From NCBI RefSeq assembly GCF_006345805.1, contig NC_043009.1, positions 14,570,001 through 14,634,000 of the forward strand: a stretch of DNA of 64,000 bases, in the 5' to 3' direction. The notes under the pieces were generated by a model. It saw nothing but the letters and a program-made list of their open reading frames with translations, did no database searches and had not been told where the DNA came from. This DNA comes from Octopus sinensis (taxonomy: Eukaryota). A program made the translations under genes and the position numbers. Of this stretch, positions 13,249-25,800 are shown piece by piece; the stretch's first letter is position 1, and each line of letters starts with the position of its first letter.

Positions 13249-13911
13249 GGTATTGCTATTGTTGTTATTGTTCTTGACATGTTTTTAGTTGCGGATGTTT
13301 TTGGAGTTGGAAATCCTATCTTTATACGTTTTCATGTATTTGATAGCGTACTCTAAGCGAAGAATCTTATCTTTCTTGTTTCTCCATTTTTTCTCTCTTT
13401 TTCACTGTAACGCTCACCCCATCCCTTGGCTTGCTTCGCAGCTACAGCGCACGATATTATGGCTTTTGCCATTTTAAAAATTGGAGGCATGTCAACTGAT
13501 TTATGCTGACCTCATGCACATCAAATAGTCACTTTATTTTCCATAAGTCCTATATATACATGTATACATATATACATACATATTTACATATTTACAAATA
13601 TATATTTACATAAATACATACATACATACATGCACACCCTAAATTAAAAATCCAGAAATTATAGACTTTCCCAGAGGTAAACCTTATAATGCAATAATAT
13701 TTAACCATTCCAGCTAACCCTAACTAGTCCTTATCTAAACAGAAACGTTCAGCAAAGCAGGGTCTATATTCTATGAAAATCTTCAAACCCATTTTTTATC
13801 ATGCTTATCCGGAAAACAACACGTGAAGAAATAAATAACGATTATTCTAATAATGATGATGTGAACAGCAGCATCAACAATATTACAAAAACAACAACAA
13901 CAATAATCATA

Positions 13912-14455
13912 AATGTTATGATGCAATACAAGGCTTTGACTCTCATGGCTTCTGATCTTAACTGTTTGGAAGTGTTATCATGTACATTGTTTGCCTTGGT
14001 ATAAACGATGGGCTACAGCAAATATTCTGCTCAAACAACAGATTTGCTTGTCAGTTATTTGACCTTAACCAGTAGTTGCTTGTCATTTGTTTGACTTTAA
14101 TCATATAGTTGCTGATGATATGTGCATGTCTGATCATGAGCGGAAGTAGTGGGGAAGCATCATAGCCATATGTTAAAAGGAATTCTATGGTGTTTGAATA
14201 AATTACATAAAAAAATCCTTATTCGGCGACACTTTGAGAAGGATCGGCCACTCGATTTGAAGAAAATTCTAACTAGGCCGCGCCTGCAAGTCTATGCGTG
14301 GTTTATCTTGATATGAGATCATCATATAGCGCACATATGGTTGGGATACATGTACTTGGTGTACCCTTATCAGATGGGTTGTCATGGTGGGTATATTGGG
14401 CTTCGTATATGTGTATCCCAGTGTCACTTTGACTGCATGCGCTGCTCCTTCACTA
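13912..14455 (+). mobile_element. AAT-embedded element, copy 4 (older, near full length)
   Basis: Colinear with 14843-15399 but more diverged; degenerate AAT/AAC flanks. Confidence 0.8.
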
Positions 14456-14578
14456 AATAATGATAATGATAACAATAAAAAAAATAATAATAACAATAAC
14501 AACAGCAGCAATAATAATGATGGTGATAATAATAATAATAATAATAATAATGATGATGATACTACTACTACTATACTA

Positions 14579-14620
<42 letters not shown>

Positions 14621-14654
14621 CACTACTACTACTACTGATGATAATAATAATAAT

Positions 14655-14742
<88 letters not shown>

Positions 14743-14775
14743 TAATAATAATAATATTAATAATAATAATAATAA

Positions 14776-14842
<67 letters not shown>
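14456..14842. repeat. Compound (AAT)n-(ACT)n-(AAT)n microsatellite
   Basis: Direct reading. Confidence 0.95.
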
Positions 14843-14845
<3 letters not shown>

Positions 14846-15399
14846 GCCCTGATGCAGTACCAGGCAGTGGCTCTCATGGCTTCTGATCTTAACTGATTGG
14901 AAGTGTTATCATGTACATTGTTTTGTTTTGGTATAAAAGATGGGCTACAGCAAATATTCTGCTCAATACCACAGATTTGCTTGTCAGTTGTTTGACCGTA
15001 ACCAGTTGAGCATGTCCCTTAGTGGCTGACGATATGTGCATCTCTGATCACGAGCAGAAGTAGTGGGGGAGCATCATAGTCATGTGTTGAGAGGGATTCT
15101 TTGGGGTTTGAATAGTTCACCTCTGGAAACATTGGTGGTTCTTTCAACAGCCTTAAACAACCCTTATTCAGGGACCGTTTAAGCGGGATGGGCTATTCAA
15201 CCTGAAGAAAATTCTAACTGGGCCCCACCTGCAAGGTCATGTGCTGTTTATCTTGATATGAGATCACCATGTCGCGCACATATGGTTGTGATGAATGTGC
15301 CTGGTGTACCTTTATCAGACGGGTAGTCATGATGGGTATATTGGGCTTCGTATATTTTACCCCAGTGTCACTTTGATGGCATGAACTGCTCTCTCACTC
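14843..15399 (+). mobile_element. AAT-embedded element, copy 5 (most complete, 557 bp)
   Basis: (aat)n-aatgccctgatgcagtacc...gaactgctctctcactc-(aat)n; no TIR, no long ORF, no clear tRNA head. Confidence 0.85.
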
Positions 15400-15713
15400 A
15401 ATAATAATAATAATAGTAATGATAATAATAAAAACACTCGCCACACTGACAAATCACTGAACGACACCCGAGGAAGTAATACTCATTAAAAGTGTTGGAC
15501 TATATCCGGTTTAAGTACGCATCACAAACACGTAAGAATGTAAACTAATTAATTATGTATACACCCTAGTTTTACACGAACACATAATATTACAAAATAA
15601 CATTAAGTAATGTATAAACAAGCAGAAACACACATAAGCGAATCGAATAAAGACAAACGACAAACACTAGTCATTATCGATCATAAAAGCATGATGAAAC
15701 AGATATAAATATG

Positions 15714-15797
<84 letters not shown>

Positions 15798-15806
15798 GTA
15801 ATATAT

Positions 15807-15865
<59 letters not shown>

Positions 15866-15870
<5 letters not shown>

Positions 15871-15952
15871 CCAGCCATATTTTTTCCGTTGCTGCTATAT
15901 ATTGGTTTAATGCCGTCTGTGTGTGTGTGTGGCGTGGGGTGTATATATAATA

Positions 15953-15991
<39 letters not shown>

Positions 15992-16062
15992 CCCCACGCC
16001 ACACACACACAGACGGCATTAAACCAATATATAGCAGCAACGGAAAAAAATGTCTGGATATA
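15866..16062. repeat. Near-perfect inverted repeat (75/72-bp arms) around a (TA)n spacer
   Basis: Arms 15866-15940 and 15991-16062 are reverse complements apart from one GT unit, one 1-nt indel and about one substitution. Confidence 0.9.
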
Positions 16063-16369
16063 AACTTTTCGTTTGTTTCTTTGTCTCGTTTGATTACATA
16101 TATTTGGTTATAATTATAGAAGCGGTTCTCTATCAAATTGTCTACGCTAATAGTATTAATGACAATTAGACAAAACTCATGTCAGATCAGAGAAAATATT
16201 AACAATGATAAATAGTGAAAAAATGAAAATAATAATATCAGTGATGGTAATGATAATAATGAAATCAAGTGGCTAGAATGTCTCCATGTCACGATTGGTA
16301 TAACATCTAGTGATGGTGTCAATAAAAACACTGGTAATTGAGCAACCGGATAATCGCTACCTCATATGA

Positions 16370-17085
16370 GTGACAATGCAAAGACAAAATATTGGGAATA
16401 ATAGTGGTAATGAAACTGAATTCCTTGATGATGAGAGTGTTGCCCCCGGCAGGCTCAGAGATAGTGGTCCAACACCAGTCTGTCGTTATCAAGCAATGGA
16501 CCAGAATACACGGCGTAAATGGAACACACAACTAAATACTGTGGTCACGGAGTGTTACTATGTGAGTATCCCTGTAGATGAAAATAGTGTGGTGTATTAG
16601 ACTTGAAAGGGGGCAAAATCAAATGTATGGACGGGCTAGAGATACCGTCGAGGGAAGATATGAAGCAGATAGAAGAGACGGGCTATAAGTACTTGGGGAT
16701 ATTGGAAATAGATAAACTGATGGAGAAAGAAATGACAAACTTTTAAGGAAGAGTACTGCACACACCCAAACTGATACTTAAGTCGAAATTTAAGGGATGG
16801 AATAAGATTGAAGCTATCAACATCTGGCTGGTATCACTCATTAGACATAGAGCAGGGGTAATCGCATGGACAGAAGACGAACTATACATCTTAGAAAGTA
16901 AGTCAAAGAAGTTGCTGACTAGATATGGGATACTCCACCCCAAAAGTAACACATACAGACTGTATGCACTAAGAAAAGGAAGGTGAAGAGGACTGATTGG
17001 ATGCGGACACAGCATTAGAGCGGAAGAAAAAAACATAGCATGATACGTAAAAAATGCCGCAAAACCGCTGTTATTGGAGTATTAT
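16370..17085 (+). mobile_element. Internally deleted R4/Dong relic: ORF N-terminus fused to RT thumb
   Basis: RRKWNTQLNTVVTECYYVS.P joined near 16596 to GYKYLGILE..KLILKSK..NKIEAINIW..LHPKSNTYRLY. Confidence 0.8.
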
Positions 17086-17179
17086 TGTAATATTATGATG
17101 GTCAGGTTTGTGTAGGATGGAAGATTGCAAAGATGAAGCACTGTACAAGCACTTGAGTATGAATGAAACTGAAAATATC

Positions 17180-17193
17180 ACTACTACTACTAC

Positions 17194-17229
<36 letters not shown>

Positions 17230-17327
17230 TATTCAAAACTATTTTAACCACAGCTAGATTTAAACTCATCGCGTAAAAAAGCTAAAATATTTACCGATCA
17301 TCTTTCTGCCACTCCATTGCTCCTGCT

Positions 17328-17361
<34 letters not shown>

Positions 17362-17395
17362 CAGCAACAGCAGCAGCAGCAGCAGTATTATTATA

Positions 17396-17444
<49 letters not shown>

Positions 17445-17512
17445 GTATTAGTAGTAGTAGTAGTAGTAGTAGTAGTAGCAGCAGTAGTAGTAGTAGTAGT
17501 AGTAGTAGTAGC
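17180..17512. repeat. (ACT)n and (TAG)n-(CAG)n-(TAT)n-(TAG)n tracts
   Basis: Direct reading; ~95 bp non-repetitive spacer at 17232-17327. Confidence 0.9.
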
Positions 17513-17934
17513 GTTACAAAGATGAATATTCGGAAATGAGATGTAAATAGAATGATTGTACAAGTAAGATGAAAAACGGAGAAAGAGAGGCTAGAATAGG
17601 AGGAGGCGTAAAGGCGAATCAATTTCAATCTCTTTTGACAACTAAATCAGGCCAGGCCGACAATATTTTGGCAACGTGTATAGGAGTTATCGATTTTTGG
17701 AACGTACCAGTGTCTGATGATTGGTGATTAGTTGAAAGGGGCAGCACTTGGATGTAGATTTAGCTGCGGTGATGTTGGAATACAGTCACTTTTCAACTGA
17801 TTTTGGATGACCTCAGTTACATCAAATAGTCGCTTTATTTTTCATAGAGTCATATACACACACAAACTCAAAGGCATACATGCATATATACATATACACA
17901 CACATATGCCCAGGTATGTAAAAAAAAACATACA

Positions 17935-18110
17935 TATGTGGCTGTTTGGTAAGACATTTCCTTCACAACCGTGTTCCGTGTGCAATCTCATTGCGTGACA
18001 CCTTGGGCAAGTGTCTTCTATCATAGCCTCGAACCGATATTATAATAGTCTTGTGAGATGATCTGGAAAGAGAAAACTGAAAGAAGCCGGTCGTATATGC
18101 GCGCGTGCAC
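17935..18110 (+). mobile_element. SINE family A 5' portion, diverged
   Basis: tggctgtttggtaag..caccttgggcaagtgtcttcta..aactgaaagaagccggtcgtat. Confidence 0.8.
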
Positions 18111-18175
18111 ACACATACACTCACACACATAAACACACATACAAAAAAGAAACATCTTCTTCTTCCCCTTGTTCT

Positions 18176-18234
<59 letters not shown>

Positions 18235-19053
18235 TTCCTTCGTAACACGGTGTAGCTAAAATTGTACAGAGTCTTTAGTCATCCGTCAACTCATAACAGG
18301 GAACTCAGACAGATAATACTTTCCATAAGATGGGCGCTGTGACCAATAAGGCTGCTCTTTGCAAGACAGTAATTTTGTATGAGAGTTCATATTCTCAGTA
18401 TTTGTTCTGGCTCGTTACTTTGTGATTTCAAATTCTGTTCACATTAACTTCGGCTTTAATCTTCTTCTGCTAGCTAAGGTTTAGTCCTAGTCAGGTACTA
18501 GAATCAATTTAACTAAACGGCAATCGAAACCAAACGCGTTGTACAACACTGTCCCAGTTCCCGTCGAATCGTCGGCCATTGACGACAACTGAAGTGTGAT
18601 ATTAACTGAAGTATACTGCCATTGCTCCATCATCATCCATCTGTGTCGCTCCATATTGCTAGAAACACGTACACACATGAATATCAACACACACACAATG
18701 TCATCCGCGCGCAAATATACACACAAATACAGGCGCGTGTACATATGCACTCACTTGGACATCCCACTTTCTATAAGGAGATAAAGCAAAAGAGAAATGG
18801 AAACACATCTTACTACTTAACAAAATGGACAGTAAAGAGAGATATAGAGAGAGAGAGAGAGTAAGAAAGAAAGATAATCAAATTAACATCTTATTTCGTA
18901 ATTTAGGATTTTACCGTTGTGTAAATGTACTAATTCCCTGATTATTTCGCAACCCTTTTCGTACATAACTATTGTATACACTCATACATGTTTGCGTGTT
19001 AGAAAACAATCGGACAAAGTATATATATTATATACATATAAATATACATATAC

Positions 19054-19107
<54 letters not shown>

Positions 19108-19109
<2 letters not shown>

Positions 19110-19300
19110 TTAAGTAAAATAAGACTACAAAGCTAAGACAGTGTAAAATTTCTAGGACGTTTTATAAAGAGAAGGGTAGTCTTACAGCTGTTTCAGAGAT
19201 ATTAAAGATAACCCAATATCAGAGGCAATATGAGAGAATTAAATAGAAGGAAATAGTAGAATTCAGTATAAGAAGTTATTCTTGAAAGGGAGAGATACAG
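19108..19300 (-). mobile_element. Penelope-type terminal fragment with decayed hammerhead (19179-19226)
   Basis: Minus strand CUGAUAU-stem-GAAA-CAGCUG-UA-AGAC; abuts (TA)n at 19050-19107. Confidence 0.5.
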
Positions 19301-20669
19301 GAAGTATAAAAGGAAATATAAGAATAAAAAAAAATGATATATGCTGTGTGTTGAACTTGGTATTCTATTCTCCAAGAAATGTGTTGTATATAATGAGTAA
19401 AAAGGTTTGTTGTCTGTGGTACGTTCTGATAAGAGTTCATATTTTGCTATTACATTTGTAATAACAAAATATGATAAAGCGCCCAGACACGAGGCATTGC
19501 TGAAAAATATTTAAATATGTAATAACCTTACCAACTTGAAACTCGTGTGCAGTGCAGAAACAGATGTTGCAATCTACTATTAAAACCTCAAATTATTTAT
19601 TAATCTCTCTCTCACACACACATGAATACATGTGTGTGTTTGTGTGTATGTATTTGTGTGTGTATGTGTGCGTGTGTGCGCGCACGTGTGTGTGTGTGTG
19701 TAAACCATGAACTAAGAAGTACCTGTGTTGAAAGCAGAATTGCTTCTAATAAGTAGAATTGTGTGTTTATGTGTGTATTAGTTGGATTGGCCATATATAT
19801 ATATATATATAATATATATATGGGTCTAAAGAAAACATTTGGTGATCAGGTATGTTGTTTATAGCTAGAATAAGAAACTATTTACGTTGATACGTTGAAC
19901 TGATAGTAATCAATAACTGAAGCTATAGGGCGTCACCCAATCAATATTTTCTTCACGTGCTTTGTACAATTAGCTCAAGTGTCACGTCGGTTGAAAGACA
20001 ATGTTCTCCAACTAACCAGATTTCATTTATCAAATTATTACGCTAAGAATGGCACTGGTATATGCACACGAATATGATTATACAAACATACACATTTATT
20101 TCTACAAACGTGTGAAATGTCGTATAAATGCATACACAATCTCCAAAGAATGACAGAAATAGAAGGCTGACCAAAGTCTAGTTTGCTTGAATATATAGAA
20201 TGTTTAACAGATTTGAGTATGTCAAAGAAAGTGTGGTTTCAATACATTGTATAACAGCAATTACATTGTAACAATGATAAAGGACTATACTTCACAGTGG
20301 GTAATGTTTTCATGATGGACGAGAATTCTTAAAATGTCCATGAAACCAGACCTCGGATAAAGCTACTGTAATGTAATTGACGTTGCAATAATATGAATTA
20401 TATATATACACGTACACACGCACACAATCATATATAATGATATATATACATATATAAGTATGCATACATTATCTCTCTCTCTTTCTATATATATATATAT
20501 ACATACTTTATTTAAAGCAGCTGAAAATTCAACAAAACGTGTTACTCTGCGTTTCCCGTTGCCGTTCATCGGACAGTTTTTATTTGTATATTATATACAC
20601 ATGAACATATATATATTTATATATATACATACATAGATATACATATATACGTATATATATAAATATATA

Positions 20670-20713
<44 letters not shown>

Positions 20714-20752
20714 ATATATTCATACACACACACACACACACACACACGCACA

Positions 20753-20785
<33 letters not shown>

Positions 20786-21559
20786 GCGTGTGTATATGAT
20801 TGTGTACATATACTTTCTTGAATACAGCAATCCAGAGGCATGTGCATAAGCACAGAATATTCTAGATGTGCATGCTGACTTTCATGGTGCCCCAGCATGG
20901 CCGCGGCCTTCGGGCTTAAGAATTTAAGGATATGTTTGAATCTCAGTTGACAACTTGCAACAGTGTTATAGTTTGAATGTTTTTGCATGCTATTGTAAAG
21001 AGTCATACTGCTTTAATCAATGTCTTTTCTCAAACAATTTCAAGGAATTGTTTGTATGTTTGCAAAATTTTTTCCAGGCCCATGGCGCACATTTATTCGT
21101 GGAGAGAGATATTTTACACACACATCACAAGCAATCTCTTGCCCACATGCAAAACTTCACTGTGCTTATGGTTTTACATACTAATTGTTAATACACAATG
21201 TCCTCTTAAGGATCCAATTGTTAATTCTAGTGTAGCGTTTTACAGCTTGTACACCGGCACAATAACTGGATTCTAAATGCAAGTGTCTCGATATGCGCCA
21301 TAACGATTTATTCATTGTATCTCCCTTAAAAAGAAACGTTAAATTGCAAGCGGTACTTTTTAAAAAATCTCCTTTATGTCGCATCAACCGCGAACAGTAT
21401 CAAGAGCGAATGTAAATATGGCCTGAGCTAAAGCAAAGGAATGAAAACTAGTGCCAGGGATTAACTACATTTTATAGTAATTTCGTCCGGAACCTAAATG
21501 CTCTCTATCTCTGTTTATGCAAAAATGGTTTAAAATTAAGCTTCCTCATTAAACATCTT

Positions 21560-22780
21560 GCTTTAGCCTTCCCTTTGAAATATAGATAGATTGTTGTATA
21601 CAGTGCTCTATTGCCCTACAACTAAGAAAAAACCCATCAGGTGTACTGTTAGTGGATTTGAGGAAGCATGGCAGTTTTGAAGGATGTAGTGTCTCGACAC
21701 TTAACGACTAATGCGGATAGTTTATTCCATCCTTCAACAATTCTGAGCTTGAAAAAATGTTCCCTAAAGTCATGGATGCTGTGTTGTTTTTTTACTTTGA
21801 AAACATGTCCACGGATGTATGTCATATGGAATTAAAAAGGTGCCCAAGCATGTTGTTGGAAAGATGGTGGATAATGTTGTGGCTCTCTACCAAATGAGTT
21901 GCCATACGTCTGAGCTTCAATATGCCCATGCCCAGAGAAGCAAGAAGTTCAGACGGATATTCGCTTTGCTGCATGTTTCTGAACAGTTTCCAGATTAATA
22001 TGCTAAACAAGATAGGGGCTCCAGACTGTTGATGCAAATTCTAAGTGCGGTAAGTGTGGATGTACCATTGTACAAACAATTTAAAATAAAAGTTGGAGAG
22101 CAGCTGACAAAGGTGTTACTGAGCCTTCTTGATAATCAGAGATTAGTTTGTCCAACTTAGATCGCTGTTTACTATAATACGCAGATCATGTTCACTGGAA
22201 GACTTCGTGAGACTGATGCTACTGAAGGACTATGTAAAGGCTGGGCTTTTCCTCTCCAAGTGCATAGTGACGCACTTGTCCACAAATAGCGTCAAGATCT
22301 GTTTATAGGAAAAATTTATAGCGCATAAGATCTGTTCTTTTTATTTCTAGGTAGAGCTTGATGCCACTTGCATATTTCAACACTGTAACATTCCTCAAGC
22401 TAGCATCTATCTCAAAAATATACGCAACAAACAGTAAAGGTCCAAGAACAAATCATTGTGGTACACCATGTCGCTAAACCGTAACTTCCCCTTTCCGTCC
22501 GAGAATGAAAGACTAGTCAGTTATAGAGATCATCTTACGCAACCATTGCAGAGAGTTTTGCTATGTGTCATTTGTGTGACACAGAATTGAAGGCCTTAGC
22601 GAAGTCAAGGTAGACAACATCGAACAATGTGCCGCCATCAGTAACTTGGGTTATGTCCTCAAGGAACTCGATTAGTTGGCTACAGCAGATGGAGAGCTTC
22701 AGAAATTCCAGTGTTTCTCTGAAAGCTCCAGTGTTTCTCTGAAACATGACTCCATCAGCTTGGCGATGCAGCTATTAAGG
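21560..22780 (-). mobile_element. CR1-clade LINE 3' portion (RT to C-terminus)
   Basis: SQLIEFLEDITQ..DVVYLDFAKAFNSV; GVPQ.FVLGPLLFVAYI; FFKLRIVEGWNKL..VV..TTSFK; stops and frameshifts. Confidence 0.8.
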
Positions 22781-25020
22781 TGACTGTGAGCAAATCAGGG
22801 TCAATACTTTTGATGTAGGAGTAAAATAAAAGTGCATCTCGTTGCACAAACTTTGGGAATTCAGGGATAGGTGTTTGAGACAGGATTTAAAAAATCCTGT
22901 CTCAATATCACAAAATCCTATGATATAAAAAATCACAGTGTTTGTTAAAAAGAAAAAAAGAAAAAGAAAAGAAAAAACCAAAGTGTTTGAGACAGGATTT
23001 AATCCGATAATGATTGTATATAGGAGATGAAATATGTTTTGTTATTAAGTGGTGAAAATGATGATAGTATTTGCTCGGTGCTGTATGAGTGGAGTGGTGT
23101 TCTAGTAGATGGTGGTGGGTGTGTGTTCCTACAGTTCTGCATATGTGATGTTGGATCTCCAGGTTTAGGTCGGCCTTCGTATTTCCCAGGTAATTTAATA
23201 AAAAAAAAATTTCCTCCTTGGTTTATCTTATGTGGCAATGCGATATTTTTGTAATTCTTTCTTCTTTGATTGGTGTTGATGTTAGGAGATTGTTACACTT
23301 CCGTGTTGCAGTTTATAGCGATTGAAAAGGAGAACAGTCAACGTCTGTTAGAAGAGATTTACGAAGAAGTTAACATGATTTAAAATTTCAAAAGTGGACA
23401 TTGCTGTCACTATTTATAATTTAAACACATTATGTTAGCAACTTATGTTACAATTCATAACCAAACAACTGTGTGCGTATAAATGTGTGCGATATAATTG
23501 CGCGTGCAAAGTTGTGGTATTATTAAGGAGCACTGCGATTCAGTGCTAGATTTTTACTCGGCCGTTCTATTTTTGATTTGCCTTAATTATGACAAGGAAA
23601 TCAAAGATAAAGCTGGAATTATTCCATATCAACAATCATTTCAGCAGGAAGAATAATTAGTAATTGCAATCATTATTTGTGTTGCCGCTTTTATATTCTG
23701 TTCATTTTTATTTCTGTTAGCAATAACCAAATATCGCTGAGTTATGAAACTAAAAATTGAAATTCATCATTAGCTTTTGTAGTTAGACGGTACTGCTGTG
23801 CTTGTTATTGCTGTTCGTATTTAGGAATGATGTGTTTTACACAATTGCTGGTGTTTTAGTTGAATTTTTTTATTCTTGGAGATAGCCGTTTTGTCACCGT
23901 GGCAAGTTTGTATAAAGAAAGACTATCTGCATGTAGAAACAGGTGCAGTATCGACTCAATACTCTATTTTGAAGTATCAATCGACAATGGTAGAAGTTTA
24001 GTAGTTGAAGAGATCTAGTATTTTGTCCTGAAAAGAAAGGTTATTTACACCATTGTCCGGTTGAATATGTGCCTTCCTACTGACATGGTGAGACCCGGTA
24101 GTTGCAAGGATACATTATTGTTTTATTGTTATAGGTAGTTTCTATCAGTTTGTGTTATTGAAGGAGATAAAATTGCCATCATCGCATTGATGTATGTTGG
24201 TCAATCTTTTAATAGAATAAGTGAAGTTTTGATATGAGGTATCTGGATGCTTGTGAATGATGCTTAAATATTTTAGATTAGAGAGGAGAGCAAAGATTTT
24301 AGCTGTGACCACATTTGCGTGTTTCATATTTTGGATTAAATATAAAAAATGAAAATATAAACAAAGTGTAATGTAGGATTACATTATTCTTAGTTCTTAT
24401 TTTTTAAGACATCAGGTTCTGATTTAAATATAATTCAGCTGCCATTTCTAACAGGTGGATCACCGTTATTTTGGTTGATTTGGCATTGATATGCCATCAC
24501 ATCATCAAAGGTGTTGTTTATTTCAATATCAGCTCCTATCCAAATGACTCATGGCCAAAAGTATTCCAAACACAACCACTTCATCCAGGTTTTTTTACAT
24601 GTCAGGCATAACCTTGTTCAATGTATCGTTTTATAGTCGATTGGGACTTCAGAGAGATGTTGCTGCTAATTTTAGCAGATCGAATGACCGCTCAGACGAA
24701 CTCCCGTTCGTACATTATTGTTATTGAATCTTTCGGGTGTGATATATTGTTGATTTCGTTGTAAGATACATAGTTGTTGCTATCATGTTATAACTGGTTT
24801 CACCGAGATAGTTGTCTGTTATGTATGATATTATTGGTTATTTTACGTGAGATTGGTGCTAATAGCGATCAGAGATATTGTTCTTCCTTGAGTAGGTCAG
24901 TAAGCTTCAATTCGATCACATCATGATAACGTCATAAAATGGCAAGTTATTACACATCACAAACTTTCGCTCAAATACAATACTATTCGCTGTAGCACAT
25001 ATATCTGCAAGAAAAATTAC

Positions 25021-25084
<64 letters not shown>

Positions 25085-25177
25085 ATATATATGAAGTAAG
25101 TTTTCTTGCAGAATATGTGCATAATAAAGTTTAATATGTATATATAATATATATATATATATAGTATATATATATAT

Positions 25178-25216
<39 letters not shown>

Positions 25217-25219
<3 letters not shown>

Positions 25220-25422
25220 AGTTAATGCAAACATGAAAACACAACAACGCGAGGACGTGGAACAAATATAGTGTTTTTGGACGCTCTGGAAGGAAGGGAA
25301 GAAGGAGGGGCTTACGTTTCGAGCGGAGCTCTTCGTCAGAAACATAGGAAAAGGAAAGATCTAGAGAAGGGAAGACGGAGGAATAAAATCGCCAACGGTA
25401 TACACGAGGTCACATTTTGAAT

Positions 25423-25425
<3 letters not shown>
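25217..25425 (-). mobile_element. Penelope-type terminal fragment with minimal hammerhead (25311-25343), between two (TA)n tracts
   Basis: Minus strand CUGACGA-A-GAGC UCC GCUC-GAAA-CG-UA; stem I weak. Confidence 0.65.
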
Positions 25426-25466
<41 letters not shown>

Positions 25467-25576
25467 AAATTGAGGATAAAATCTTTATAAGAAATTATCA
25501 GTAGTTAGCGTGAAAAACCTCGTAGAGAAAAAATCCGTAAATTTTTCCACTTTGAAAATATTTATTTATAATAATA

Positions 25577-25756
25577 CTACTATTCATAGATACCGCACGC
25601 TAGGAGGGACCCTTGCGGTCAAAACTACTAAAATAAACAAATTTTACCGAATGCAAAACTTCAAAGCAAGTCATTTAAAAAAAAAATTTAGTTACATATC
25701 ACCTGTGATTTATTTTAGTAGGGTCCCTCCTAGCGTGCGGTATCTATGAATAGTAG
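25577..25756. mobile_element. 180-bp MITE with perfect 37-bp TIRs and TA duplication (Tc1/mariner-type ends)
   Basis: tactactattcatagataccgcacgctaggagggaccct at 25575-25613 is the exact reverse complement of 25720-25758. Confidence 0.85.
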
Positions 25757-25769
25757 TACCCTCTATATA

Positions 25770-25800
<31 letters not shown>

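Noticed and set aside
14843-14920. HDV-like ribozyme at the 5' end of the 557-bp element
   Set aside because: Could not build P1/P2 pairings by hand on either strand; needs a covariance search
23050-24900. Possible old RTE-like relic on the minus strand
   Set aside because: Only vague motif echoes; no convincing YADD or other anchor
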